DNA of 64,000 nucleotides from an uncultured Gemmatimonadales bacterium (GTDB lineage: Bacteria; Gemmatimonadota; Gemmatimonadetes; Gemmatimonadales; GWC2-71-9): positions 1-64,000 of the forward strand of contig CAWGSK010000002.1 in assembly GCA_963825055.1 (NCBI GenBank), read 5' to 3'. The translations under genes were made by a program, and so were the position numbers. The notes under the pieces were generated by a model. It was not told the DNA's origin, searched no databases, and saw only the letters and a program-made list of their open reading frames with translations. This document shows, piece by piece, positions 19,545 through 29,889 of the stretch. Within the stretch, counting starts at the first letter, position 1. Each line of letters opens with the position of its first letter.

Positions 19545-21737
19545 TCAGCCCTGCGCGGGACCGTCCTCGGCCGCCGGCGAGGCGTCGAGTGGCGGATCAT
19601 CCGCGCCCGCGTGGCCGCGCATGGCCGGAATGTAGTAATCCCGGACGTAGTCCTGCACCATGCGGCGGGCGGTAAACCGCTCATGCGCGACCCGCATCGC
19701 CTGGCGCATGCGGTCCACCCACAGGGTCGGAATGCCGCGATCATCGTGGTCGTAGTAGGCGGGGATGATCTCCCCCTCGAGCAGGCGGTAGAAGTGCTCG
19801 ACGTCCGCGGTGTCCGCGTCTTCGTCCTCTCCCGGCAGCGGGATGGCCCAGCCGTTACTGCCCTCGAAACCCTCGTGCCACCAGCCGTCAAGCGTGCCGA
19901 TCTGGGGCACACCGTTCAGCGCGGCCTTCATCCCGCTCGTCCCGCAGGCTTCCATCGGTACCCGCGGCAGGTTGAGCCACATGTCCACCCCCTGGACGAG
20001 CAGGTGGGCGACGTGCATGTCGTAGTCCTCGAGGAACGCCACGCGGCCCTGGAAGTCGGGATCCCGGGTGAAGCCGTAGACCTCCTGCAGGACCTCCTTG
20101 CCCGGCTGGTCGGCGGGATGCGCCTTCCCCGCGAAGATGACCTGCACGGGGCGGCGCTCGTTGACCAGCAGCCGCCGCAGCCGCTCGCGGTCATGGAACA
20201 TGAGGTTGGCGCGCTTATAGGTTGCGAACCGCCGCGCGAAGCCGATGGTGAGCACGCCGGGGTCGAGCAGGGTACCGGCTCCCACCACGTGCGTGGCCTC
20301 CTTCCACTGCGTGGCCCAGCGGTGGCGGGCTTCCTCCCGGATCGTGGTGAGCAGCACGCTCTTGAGGCGCTGGTGCACCGCCCACAGCTCCACGTCCGGG
20401 ATCTCGAGGATCCGGCGGATCAGCTCCGGCTCCGGCGTGTCGTCGCGCCATCCCCGTCCCAGGTGGCGGTCCAGCAGATCCGCGATGGCATGCGAGATCC
20501 AGGTGCCCACATGTACGCCGTTGGTAATGTGGCCGATGGGGACCGACCCGGGGTCACGGTTGCCCCACAGGTCCGCCCAGATCCGTCGGGACGCGTGTCC
20601 ATGCAGGCTGGCCACACCGTTGACCGAGCGCGAGAGCCGCATGGCCACCACCGTCATGTGGAACCGCGCTTCTTCCTCCGCGGGGTGCTGGCCCAGGCGC
20701 AGGAACGCTTCGCGCGACAGGCCCATGTCTTCCCAGTACGGCCCGACACACGCCTCGACCTGGTCCGGGGAGAAGGTGTCGTGTCCCGCGGGGACGGGGG
20801 TGTGGGTCGTGAAGATGCTCCGGTCACGGACCTGGCGTACCGCCTCGGCGTGGTCGACTCCGGCCAGCGCCAGTTCGCGCAGGCGCTCCACCAGCATGAA
20901 CGCCGCGTGTCCCTCGTTGCTGTGCCACGCGCCCGGCTGGTACCCGAGCGCGCGAAGCACGCGCACGCCGCCGATACCGAGGATCCATTCCTGGCGCAGC
21001 CGGAGATCCACCCCGCCGGCGTACAGCTTGGTGACCAGCTCGCGATCGTCGGGGTGGTTCTCCTCGAAGTTCGTATCGAGCAGGTAGAGCGGGACCCGTC
21101 CAACCATGGTCTTCCAGGCGCCCACGCAGACGTCCCGGCCGAACGTCCGCACGCTGGCCAGGCAGGGAGAACCGTCGGGCGCGTGCACCGGCACCAGTGG
21201 CGTCAGGTTGACGTCGAAGGCCTCGTCCTGGTCCTGCTGCCAGCCGTCCAGCTCGATGCGCTGGTCGAAATATCCCTTCCGGTACATGAGGCCGACCCCG
21301 ACCAGCGGAACGCCGAGGTCCGAGGCGGACTTGCAATGGTCGCCGGCGAGCACACCGAGGCCGCCGCTGTAGATCGGCACGGAGGCGTGCAGGCCGAACT
21401 CGGCGCAGAAATAGGCGACCGGCGTGCCGGCCTCCGTGGGGAATTCCCGGGGGTACCAGCCGACACTGGGGTCGTCCGTCCGGGTCCACTCGGCCATGAG
21501 CGCGTCGTACTGCTCCAGGAACGCCGGGTCCGCGGCACACGCCGCGAGCCGGGCCGGTTCGATCCGGCGCAGCAGGGCCACCGGGTTGTGCCGCGTGCTG
21601 TGCCAGAGTTGTTCATCGATGCTGCGGAAGAGCGAGCGGGCCGGCAGGCTCCAGCACCAGGAGAGGTTGGTCGCAATGCGGTCAAGCCCCTCGATGCGGG
21701 CCGGGAGGAACGGAATCTTGCTGTTCGGTGTGTTCAT
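19545..21737 (-). CDS. glgP: Alpha-glucan phosphorylase
   Basis: YSGGLGVLAGDHCKSASD, ARRFATYKR, EACGTSGMKA (PLP lysine). Confidence 0.95.
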   Translation of the reverse strand: MNTPNSKIPFLPARIEGLDRIATNLSWCWSLPARSLFRSIDEQLWHSTRHNPVALLRRIEPARLAACAADPAFLEQYDALMAEWTRTDDPSVGWYPREFPTEAGTPVAYFCAEFGLHASVPIYSGGLGVLAGDHCKSASDLGVPLVGVGLMYRKGYFDQRIELDGWQQDQDEAFDVNLTPLVPVHAPDGSPCLASVRTFGRDVCVGAWKTMVGRVPLYLLDTNFEENHPDDRELVTKLYAGGVDLRLRQEWILGIGGVRVLRALGYQPGAWHSNEGHAAFMLVERLRELALAGVDHAEAVRQVRDRSIFTTHTPVPAGHDTFSPDQVEACVGPYWEDMGLSREAFLRLGQHPAEEEARFHMTVVAMRLSRSVNGVASLHGHASRRIWADLWGNRDPGSVPIGHITNGVHVGTWISHAIADLLDRHLGRGWRDDTPEPELIRRILEIPDVELWAVHQRLKSVLLTTIREEARHRWATQWKEATHVVGAGTLLDPGVLTIGFARRFATYKRANLMFHDRERLRRLLVNERRPVQVIFAGKAHPADQPGKEVLQEVYGFTRDPDFQGRVAFLEDYDMHVAHLLVQGVDMWLNLPRVPMEACGTSGMKAALNGVPQIGTLDGWWHEGFEGSNGWAIPLPGEDEDADTADVEHFYRLLEGEIIPAYYDHDDRGIPTLWVDRMRQAMRVAHERFTARRMVQDYVRDYYIPAMRGHAGADDPPLDASPAAEDGPAQG

Positions 21738-21815
21738 CAGCCTGTCAGGCAATGGGCAGCGTGGTAGGGCGACGCAGGGCTGCATCGCCACGACGTCCGG
21801 CCGGCGGCCGGCCGG

Positions 21816-23495
<1,680 letters not shown>

Positions 23496-23605
23496 GGGGC
23501 GGGAAGATAAGGGGGCGATTGGACGGGCGGCAATCGTCAGGGTCGGAACGCCAAAGGGGCACGCCAGCGGGCGTGCCCCTTGATGGCCCTGCAAGTTGCG
23601 CAGTA

Positions 23606-23977
23606 CTACCTGAGGTGCTTGTTCACCAGCTTGGTCATGTCGAACATCGAGACCTGGCTCCGGCCGTTGAACACCGGCTTCAGGTTCTCGTCCGCATTGA
23701 TCATGCGGCGATTCTTGGAATCCTGGAGCCCCTTCCGCTTGATATAGCCCCAGAGCTTCTTGGTGACCTCGGTCCGCGGCATCGGCTGGCTGCCGACTAC
23801 CTTCGCCAGCTGCGGGCTCGGGGTCATGGGCTTCATGAACGCCGGATTGGGCTTGCGCTTCGTGGCCTTCTTCTTTGTGGCCTTCTTCTTTGCTGCCTTC
23901 TTGGTGGCCTTCTTGGCTGTCTTCTTCTTGGCAGCTTTCTTCGCCGACTTCTTGGCGGCTTTCTTCTTCACGGCCAT
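23606..23977 (-). CDS. SWIB/MDM2-domain protein with Lys/Ala-rich histone H1-like N-terminus
   Basis: KKAAKK repeats then NPAFMKP...PRTEVTKKLWGYIK...INAD...VSMF; GGAG SD. Confidence 0.9.
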   Translation of the reverse strand: MAVKKKAAKKSAKKAAKKKTAKKATKKAAKKKATKKKATKRKPNPAFMKPMTPSPQLAKVVGSQPMPRTEVTKKLWGYIKRKGLQDSKNRRMINADENLKPVFNGRSQVSMFDMTKLVNKHLR

Positions 23978-24033
23978 CGCAGGTCTCCTACAGAGGGTGA
24001 AAAATTCACAGACCCCGGGGAACCACGCGCACC

Positions 24034-24062
24034 AAGGTACAACGCGGTACGGGGGACAGCAA
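24034..24062 (-). promoter_or_regulatory. Putative sigma-70 promoter of the SWIB gene
   Basis: TTGCTG-17 bp-TACCTT on the minus strand. Confidence 0.45.
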
Positions 24063-24187
24063 TAGTCCGGGAGCCCGATTTCCCCTATGAAAACGGGTCC
24101 GGCGCGGTCCGACGGCACCCCCGTGGTTCCCGCCGGACCGTGTATCTTCCGTTATTCGAGACCCACCCCGGCAGCCATCGAGACCCC

Positions 24188-25414
24188 ATGCGCGCTCATC
24201 GTCTGGTCCTCATCCTCCCCCTGCTGCTCGCCACTGCGACGTCCGTACCGTCCAGTCCCATGCCGCCCTGTGCGCCCGATGACGGGGGACTCGCGCTCCC
24301 GGAAGGCTTCTGCGCCGTGGTAGTCGGCTCCGACCTCGGCCGCGTTCGCCACCTGGCGGTTGCCCCGAACGGCGACGTGCTTGCCGCCCTCAGCGGGCCG
24401 GCAGGCGGCGTGCTCGTCCTCCGCGACACGAACGGAGACGGGCAGGCCGACATTCGCCGGCGGGTGGCGGCCCCGGGCGGCTCGGGAATCGCGCTCGCGG
24501 GCAACGTCCTCTACTTTGCGCCGAACGACCGCGTGCTCCGGTGGAACTGGCCGGCCGGCACACTCGCCCCCGCCGGAGAACCGGAGGTGGTGGTCCAGGG
24601 CCTGCCCGCTGGTGGGCATGGCGCGACCGGCATTGCCGTGGTCGGCAGCCGGCTCTTCGCCAGCGTCGGCTCCCGGACCAACAGCTGCCAGCGCGAGGAC
24701 CGCGAGGCGCGCTCGCCGGGCATTGATCCCTGTCCCGAGCTCCCGACACGCGCGGGCGTCTGGCGGTTCGACGCGAAGGGCACGGGCCAGTCGCAGTCGG
24801 ACGGCGTGCACTTTGCCACGGGATTGCGGAACCCGATGGCCCTCGCGATCCAGCCGGGCACCGGCAACCTCTTCGCCATGGTCCATGGCCGCGATCAGCT
24901 GGGGCAGGACTGGGGGTACTCCGACCAGGACAACGCCGAGAAACCGGCTGAGGAATTTGTCGCCCTTCACGACGGCTCCAACCTCGGATGGCCGTACTGT
25001 TACTACGACCCCGAGGTCCGGAGGAAGGTCCTGGCACCGGAATACGGAGGGGATGGCCGTGAAGTGGGCCGATGCGCGGACATGCAGGATCCGCTGATCG
25101 GATTCCCCGCGCACTGGGCCCCGAACGCGCTGGTGTTCTATGATGCCGACGCGTTCCCGGCGAAATACCACGGGGGGGCCTTCATCGCCTTCCACGGCAG
25201 CTGGAATCGCGCGCCACTGCCGCAGGCCGGCTACCGGGTGGTTTTCGTCCCGTTCCAGGACGGGAGGCCCGCTGGTCGATACGAGACCTTCGCCATGGGC
25301 GCGAAAGGTCCGACCGCGATCCGCCCGAGCGGCCTGGCCGTCGGGCCTGACGGGTCGCTGTACATCGCCGCGGACGCGAGCGGGACAATCTGGCGCGTCA
25401 TGCCGCGCCACTGA
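24188..25414 (+). CDS. PQQ-dependent glucose/sorbosone dehydrogenase family protein
   Basis: Signal peptide; ATGLRNP, GWPYCY, AFHGSWNR, RPSGLAVGPDGSLYI. Confidence 0.88.
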   Translation: MRAHRLVLILPLLLATATSVPSSPMPPCAPDDGGLALPEGFCAVVVGSDLGRVRHLAVAPNGDVLAALSGPAGGVLVLRDTNGDGQADIRRRVAAPGGSGIALAGNVLYFAPNDRVLRWNWPAGTLAPAGEPEVVVQGLPAGGHGATGIAVVGSRLFASVGSRTNSCQREDREARSPGIDPCPELPTRAGVWRFDAKGTGQSQSDGVHFATGLRNPMALAIQPGTGNLFAMVHGRDQLGQDWGYSDQDNAEKPAEEFVALHDGSNLGWPYCYYDPEVRRKVLAPEYGGDGREVGRCADMQDPLIGFPAHWAPNALVFYDADAFPAKYHGGAFIAFHGSWNRAPLPQAGYRVVFVPFQDGRPAGRYETFAMGAKGPTAIRPSGLAVGPDGSLYIAADASGTIWRVMPRH

Positions 25415-25433
25415 CCTTCAATCGGGAGATCCG

Positions 25434-25997
25434 GTGCAACAGATCAAGGGGAGTGTGCTCAAGACCCGGCTCGCCTTCGTCGAAGGCATCGCGGGAGCCG
25501 AGGGCGTGGAAAAGGTGCTGGCCGCGCTGCCGGAGGCCGACCGCGCCGAGCTCCAGCGGATCCTGACGGTCAAGTGGTATCCATTCGAGGTCGGCAAGCG
25601 GCTCGACGATGCCATCGTCTCGGCCCTCGGCCATGGGCGCCCGGAGTTCTTCGAGCGCCTCGGCGCCGCAAGCGCGGAACAGAACCTCGGCAGCATTCAC
25701 AGCGGATTCATGGCGCCGGGCAGGCCGCATGAATTCCTCGCCAAGGCCCCTACCGTCTACGCCCTCTACTACGAAACCGGGAGCCGGGAATACCAGCAGA
25801 CCGGGGAGCGAGAGGGCGTGCTGACCACCAGGGACGCCGGGACGTTCAGTGCTCCCGACTGCCTCACGGTGGTTGGGTGGTATCGCAAGGCCCTGCAGCT
25901 GTGCGGCGCGCGGGGCGTGGAGATCACCGAGGAGGAATGCCGGGCGAAGGGCGGGGAGGTGTGCCGGTACCGGGTGAAATGGCGGAGTGTGGAGTAA
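25434..25997 (+). CDS. TIGR02265/DUF2378-like protein with V4R-type C-terminus
   Basis: GGAG then GTG; IKGSVL...WYP...LG...A; ECRAKGGEVCRYRVKW. Confidence 0.7.
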   Translation: MQQIKGSVLKTRLAFVEGIAGAEGVEKVLAALPEADRAELQRILTVKWYPFEVGKRLDDAIVSALGHGRPEFFERLGAASAEQNLGSIHSGFMAPGRPHEFLAKAPTVYALYYETGSREYQQTGEREGVLTTRDAGTFSAPDCLTVVGWYRKALQLCGARGVEITEEECRAKGGEVCRYRVKWRSVE

Positions 25998-26002
25998 ACC
26001 CC

Positions 26003-26123
26003 GGGGATCGGGGATCGGGTGTCTCGTGTCGGACGTTGAGTCGTTGAGTCGTTGAGTCGTGTAAACTGGTCCGCCCTGTCCGCCCTGTCCGCCCTGTCCG
26101 CCCTGTCCTCCTGTCCGTCCTGT
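26003..26123. repeat. Compound tandem-repeat tract: (GGGGATC)x2, (GTTGAGTC)x3, (GTCCGCCCT)x4 plus degenerate copies
   Basis: Read directly in the gap between two convergent genes. Confidence 0.9.
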
Positions 26124-27371
26124 CTACGACCGCCCTTCCGTCACCTTCGCCAGTGCCTCCAGCGTGGCGGCGATGGGAGGGGTGGCGACAATGCCGGAGT
26201 CTCCCGGATCCTTCAGCAGGTGACCGGTCAACACTGCCACCACCGATTGATCCTTCCCGATCATCCCCTCCGCCACCAGGCGGCGTACGCCCGCGATGCT
26301 CGCGGCACTCGCCGGCTCGCATCCCACCCCGCAATGATCTACCTCGCGCTTGGCGGCCATGATCTCCTCATCCGTCACTGAGGCGACCGCGCCCTGCGTG
26401 GTGCGGATGGAGTCCACCGCCCGGTCCCACGAGGCCGGGTTTCCGATCCGGATGGCGGTGGCCACGGTGGTCGCCCGCACCGCGTGCCGGCGCGTGAACC
26501 CCTCCCGGAATCCGCGGGCAAATGGTCCGGCGCCCTCGGCCTGGATGGCGGCGAGCCGGGGCAGGCGGCCGATCAGTCCGGCCGCGCGCGCGGCGACGAG
26601 TGCCTGTCCGAAGGCAGACGTGTTCCCGAGGTTCCCCGCGGGAAGCGCGATCCAGTCGGGCGGATTCCAGTCCAGCTGGTCCAGAAGCTCGAAAACGATC
26701 GCCTGCTGTCCCGCGATGCGGAACGGATTGATGGAATTGAGCAGGTAAATGCCGAGCGGCCCCGCCGCCTCGCGCAGAAGCCGGAGGCAGTCATCGAAGT
26801 CACCCTCCACGGCCACCACGCGGGCGCCGTACGCCGCGGCCTGGCGCACCTTGCCGGGCGCGATGCCCTCCGCGGGCACCAGGACGAGCGCCGTGAGGCC
26901 GGCCTGCGCCGCATAGGCCGCCAGTGAGGCCGCGGTGTTACCGGTCGAGGCGCAGGCCACGGCGCGCGCCCCGGTCCGCACGGCCTGGGTCATGGCCACC
27001 GTCATCCCACGGTCCTTGAATGACCCGGTGGGGTTGTGCCCTTCGTGTTTCATCACCAGGGAACCCGCGCCGGCCCATGCAGCCACGGAGCCTCGCCGCA
27101 GGAGGGGAGTGTTCCCCTCGGGATGGGTGATCACCACCGGACCCGGTTCCGGCAGGATCAGCTCCCGGTAGCGCCAGACGCCGGAGGCATCCCGCGGATC
27201 GGCCGAGGTGCGTCGCGCGGTGAAGCGCTGCCGCAGCTCCGCCGCATCGACCGCTACCGGCGCGGTTTCGAGGCGCAGCAGGCCGCCGCAGTCGCACGTG
27301 ACGGCGGGGTCCAGTTCGCCAAGCCGGTCGCCACAGGCGATACAGCTCTGCCACGCGCTGCGCCCGGTCAT
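26124..27371 (-). CDS. thrC: Threonine synthase
   Basis: EGNTPL, NPTGSFKDRG, CASTGNT, PAGNLGN, EPASAA; ATGA overlap with thrB. Confidence 0.93.
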   Translation of the reverse strand: MTGRSAWQSCIACGDRLGELDPAVTCDCGGLLRLETAPVAVDAAELRQRFTARRTSADPRDASGVWRYRELILPEPGPVVITHPEGNTPLLRRGSVAAWAGAGSLVMKHEGHNPTGSFKDRGMTVAMTQAVRTGARAVACASTGNTAASLAAYAAQAGLTALVLVPAEGIAPGKVRQAAAYGARVVAVEGDFDDCLRLLREAAGPLGIYLLNSINPFRIAGQQAIVFELLDQLDWNPPDWIALPAGNLGNTSAFGQALVAARAAGLIGRLPRLAAIQAEGAGPFARGFREGFTRRHAVRATTVATAIRIGNPASWDRAVDSIRTTQGAVASVTDEEIMAAKREVDHCGVGCEPASAASIAGVRRLVAEGMIGKDQSVVAVLTGHLLKDPGDSGIVATPPIAATLEALAKVTEGRS

Positions 27372-28324
27372 CCTTCCACCACCCGCGCGCCGTCCAGGTC
27401 GACCTCTGCCACCCTGGTCCGGCACCGGACGCCGATGGCTGCGTACGCCTCCAACATGGCCACGGCCACCGCGCGGGCCGTCGCCGGGTCGTCGCACAGT
27501 GCGAAGGCGGTGGGTCCGGCACCGGAGATCGAGGCACCAAGAGCGCCGGCACCGATGGCGGCCTCGCGGGCCTCGCGGAATCCCGGAAGCAGGTGGGCAC
27601 GGACCGGCTCGGCGATCCTGTCGTCGATCGCGCGGCCGAGCAGCGCGAGGTCGCCTGACGCCAGCGCGGCGACAATGGCGCCCACCTGGGCCGACTGGTG
27701 GATTGCCGTCTGCAGGGGCACCTGCGCGGGGAGGACCTGCCGCGCGTTCGCGGTAGTCAGGGACTGTCCGGGCTGGGCCAGCACCACGAGGAGGCCCGCC
27801 GGCACCGGAAGCCGGATCACGTCCAGCGGGTCGAGGCTTCGCACGAGTACGATGCCTCCCAGGAGCGACGGGGCGACATTATCCGCGTGCCGGCCGGCCA
27901 CCGCCTCCTCCGCATCCAGGGCGGATGCGAGCAGCCCGGCCACGTCGAGTGGCGAACCGAGCAGCGCGTTCACCGCCACGGCGCCCGCCACCGCCGAGGC
28001 GGCGCTGCCTCCCTGGCCGCCGGCGAGGGGAAGACCCTTGGTGACGGCGAGGGTGATACCGGTGTCTGCCAGGCCGGCGCGCGTGAGGACCTGGCGCGCG
28101 GCCAGCGCGGCGCTGTGCCGGGTGGGATCGTCGGGGAGGTCCGGATGGCCGGTTGCCGTCACCGTGATGCCGGGTCTGGGCGCGCGGGTGGCCGTCACGC
28201 TGTCGCCCGGGCCCGACAGGGCGAGTCCGAGCACGTCAAGGCCGGGGCCGAGGTTGCCGACGGAACCGGGGGCCAGAGCGGTCACCGGGCCGGGTGCGGG
28301 GCGGGGTACTGGAGAGGGGATCAT
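27368..28324 (-). CDS. thrB: Homoserine kinase
   Basis: NLGPGLDVLG, PLAGGQGGSAAS, HADNVAP, ISGAGPT. Confidence 0.92.
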   Translation of the reverse strand: MIPSPVPRPAPGPVTALAPGSVGNLGPGLDVLGLALSGPGDSVTATRAPRPGITVTATGHPDLPDDPTRHSAALAARQVLTRAGLADTGITLAVTKGLPLAGGQGGSAASAVAGAVAVNALLGSPLDVAGLLASALDAEEAVAGRHADNVAPSLLGGIVLVRSLDPLDVIRLPVPAGLLVVLAQPGQSLTTANARQVLPAQVPLQTAIHQSAQVGAIVAALASGDLALLGRAIDDRIAEPVRAHLLPGFREAREAAIGAGALGASISGAGPTAFALCDDPATARAVAVAMLEAYAAIGVRCRTRVAEVDLDGARVVEG

Positions 28325-28486
28325 CGTGAACGGGTGACGATACCCGCGGGGGCCGTTAATGTCCATCCGAGGGTGGCGTGGCGGTGTTCTTCCGTCCTTC
28401 TTCCTGTTTCCTTCATACTTTTCCCTCTATTCTCCGGCGGCCTCAGGCCGGTGCAGGTCAAACGATAACCAAGGCGGGGAGGGTCG

Positions 28487-29599
28487 ATGCAGATCGGCGT
28501 GATCAGGGAGACCGTCCCGGGCGAGCGTCGCGTGGCGCTGGTGCCGGACATCGCGGGCCGGCTGGTGAAGGCGGGCCACGCGGTCATGGTCGAGCGCGGT
28601 GCGGGTGCGGAAGCGGGCGCCACCGACGCGATGTACGAGGCGGCTGGTGCGACGCTGGCGGCGGACGCGGGCGCAGTGCTCGCTGCCGCGGAGGTGCTGC
28701 TCAAGGTGCAGCGGCCCGGTGTCGAGGAGGCCGGCCGCCTTCGCGAGGGCTCGGTGCTGGTGAGCTTCATGAATCCGGCGACGGCCGGCGACGTGCTGCC
28801 CATCCTGGCCAAACGGCGCGTGACCACCTTCGCCATGGAACTGGTTCCGCGGACCACACGCGCGCAGTCGATGGACGCCCTCTCCTCGCAGGCCACGGTG
28901 GCCGGCTACAAGGCCGTGCTGGTAGGTGCCGCGACGCTGAACAAGCTGCTGCCGATGCTGACCACGGCGGCCGGTACCCTGGCGCCGGCGAAGGCCTTCA
29001 TCCTTGGCGCCGGCGTGGCCGGCCTGCAGGCCATCGCGACCGCGCGCCGCCTCGGCGCCGTGGTCTCCGCGTTCGACGTGCGCCCCGTGGTGAAGGAGCA
29101 GGTCGAGAGCCTCGGGGCCATGTTCGTCGCCAGCGAGGTGGCCGCGGTTGGCGAAGGCGGGTACGCGAAGGAACTCACCGAGGAGGACAAGGCACGGACC
29201 CGCGACCTCGTGCACCAGACCATCCGGGGGATGGACCTGGTCATCACCACCGCGCAGATCCCCGGACGCCCCGCGCCCCGGATGATCGATGAGGCCATGG
29301 TGCGGGACATGATCCCGGGTGCGGTCATCGTGGACCTCGCGGCCGAGAGCGGGGGCAACTGCGAACTGACCCGGGCGGGAGAGACGGTCACCGCGCACGG
29401 CGTGCGGATCGTGGGGGCCACGAACCTGCCCGCCACCGTCCCGCTGCATGCCAGCCAGATGTACAGCAAGAACCTCCAGACCTTCGTCGAGTACATCGTC
29501 CAGGACGGCGCGCTCACCGTGGACCTGGAAGACCCGATCACCGGGCCGATGTGCCTCACTCACGACGGCGCCGTCCGCGCCGAAAGGACAGGCGGATGA
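28487..29599 (+). CDS. pntA: NAD(P) transhydrogenase subunit alpha, part 1
   Basis: ERRVALVP, RAQSMDALSS, GAGVAGLQA, DLAAESGGNC. Confidence 0.95.
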   Translation: MQIGVIRETVPGERRVALVPDIAGRLVKAGHAVMVERGAGAEAGATDAMYEAAGATLAADAGAVLAAAEVLLKVQRPGVEEAGRLREGSVLVSFMNPATAGDVLPILAKRRVTTFAMELVPRTTRAQSMDALSSQATVAGYKAVLVGAATLNKLLPMLTTAAGTLAPAKAFILGAGVAGLQAIATARRLGAVVSAFDVRPVVKEQVESLGAMFVASEVAAVGEGGYAKELTEEDKARTRDLVHQTIRGMDLVITTAQIPGRPAPRMIDEAMVRDMIPGAVIVDLAAESGGNCELTRAGETVTAHGVRIVGATNLPATVPLHASQMYSKNLQTFVEYIVQDGALTVDLEDPITGPMCLTHDGAVRAERTGG

Positions 29600-29889
29600 C
29601 CGAGTCTCTGATCATGGGCATCGTGGTCTTCACCCTCGCCACCTTCCTCGGCGTGGCGCTGATCCACCGTGTCCCCGCGACCCTCCACACGCCGCTCATG
29701 TCGGGCGCCAACGCCATCAGCGGCATCACGATCGTCGGCGCGCTGATCGTGGCCGGCGGCGGGTTTGGCTGGATCTCCACCTTCATCGGTTTCGGGGCGG
29801 TGGTGTTCGCGATGCTGAATGTCGTCGGCGGGTACGCCGTGACCGACCGGATGCTCCAGATGTTCCGCCGCAAGCCGGAGGACCAATGA
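29596..29889 (+). CDS. pntA: NAD(P) transhydrogenase subunit alpha, part 2
   Basis: LHTPLMSGANAISG, NVVGGYAVTDRML; ATGA overlap. Confidence 0.93.
   Translation: MTESLIMGIVVFTLATFLGVALIHRVPATLHTPLMSGANAISGITIVGALIVAGGGFGWISTFIGFGAVVFAMLNVVGGYAVTDRMLQMFRRKPEDQ

Noticed and set aside
19320..21767. 815-aa plus-strand ORF, and similar long ORFs such as 6413..8425, 33927..35576, 52005..53660 and 56643..58583
   Set aside because: Antisense shadows of well-supported genes, expected in high-GC DNA; no motifs
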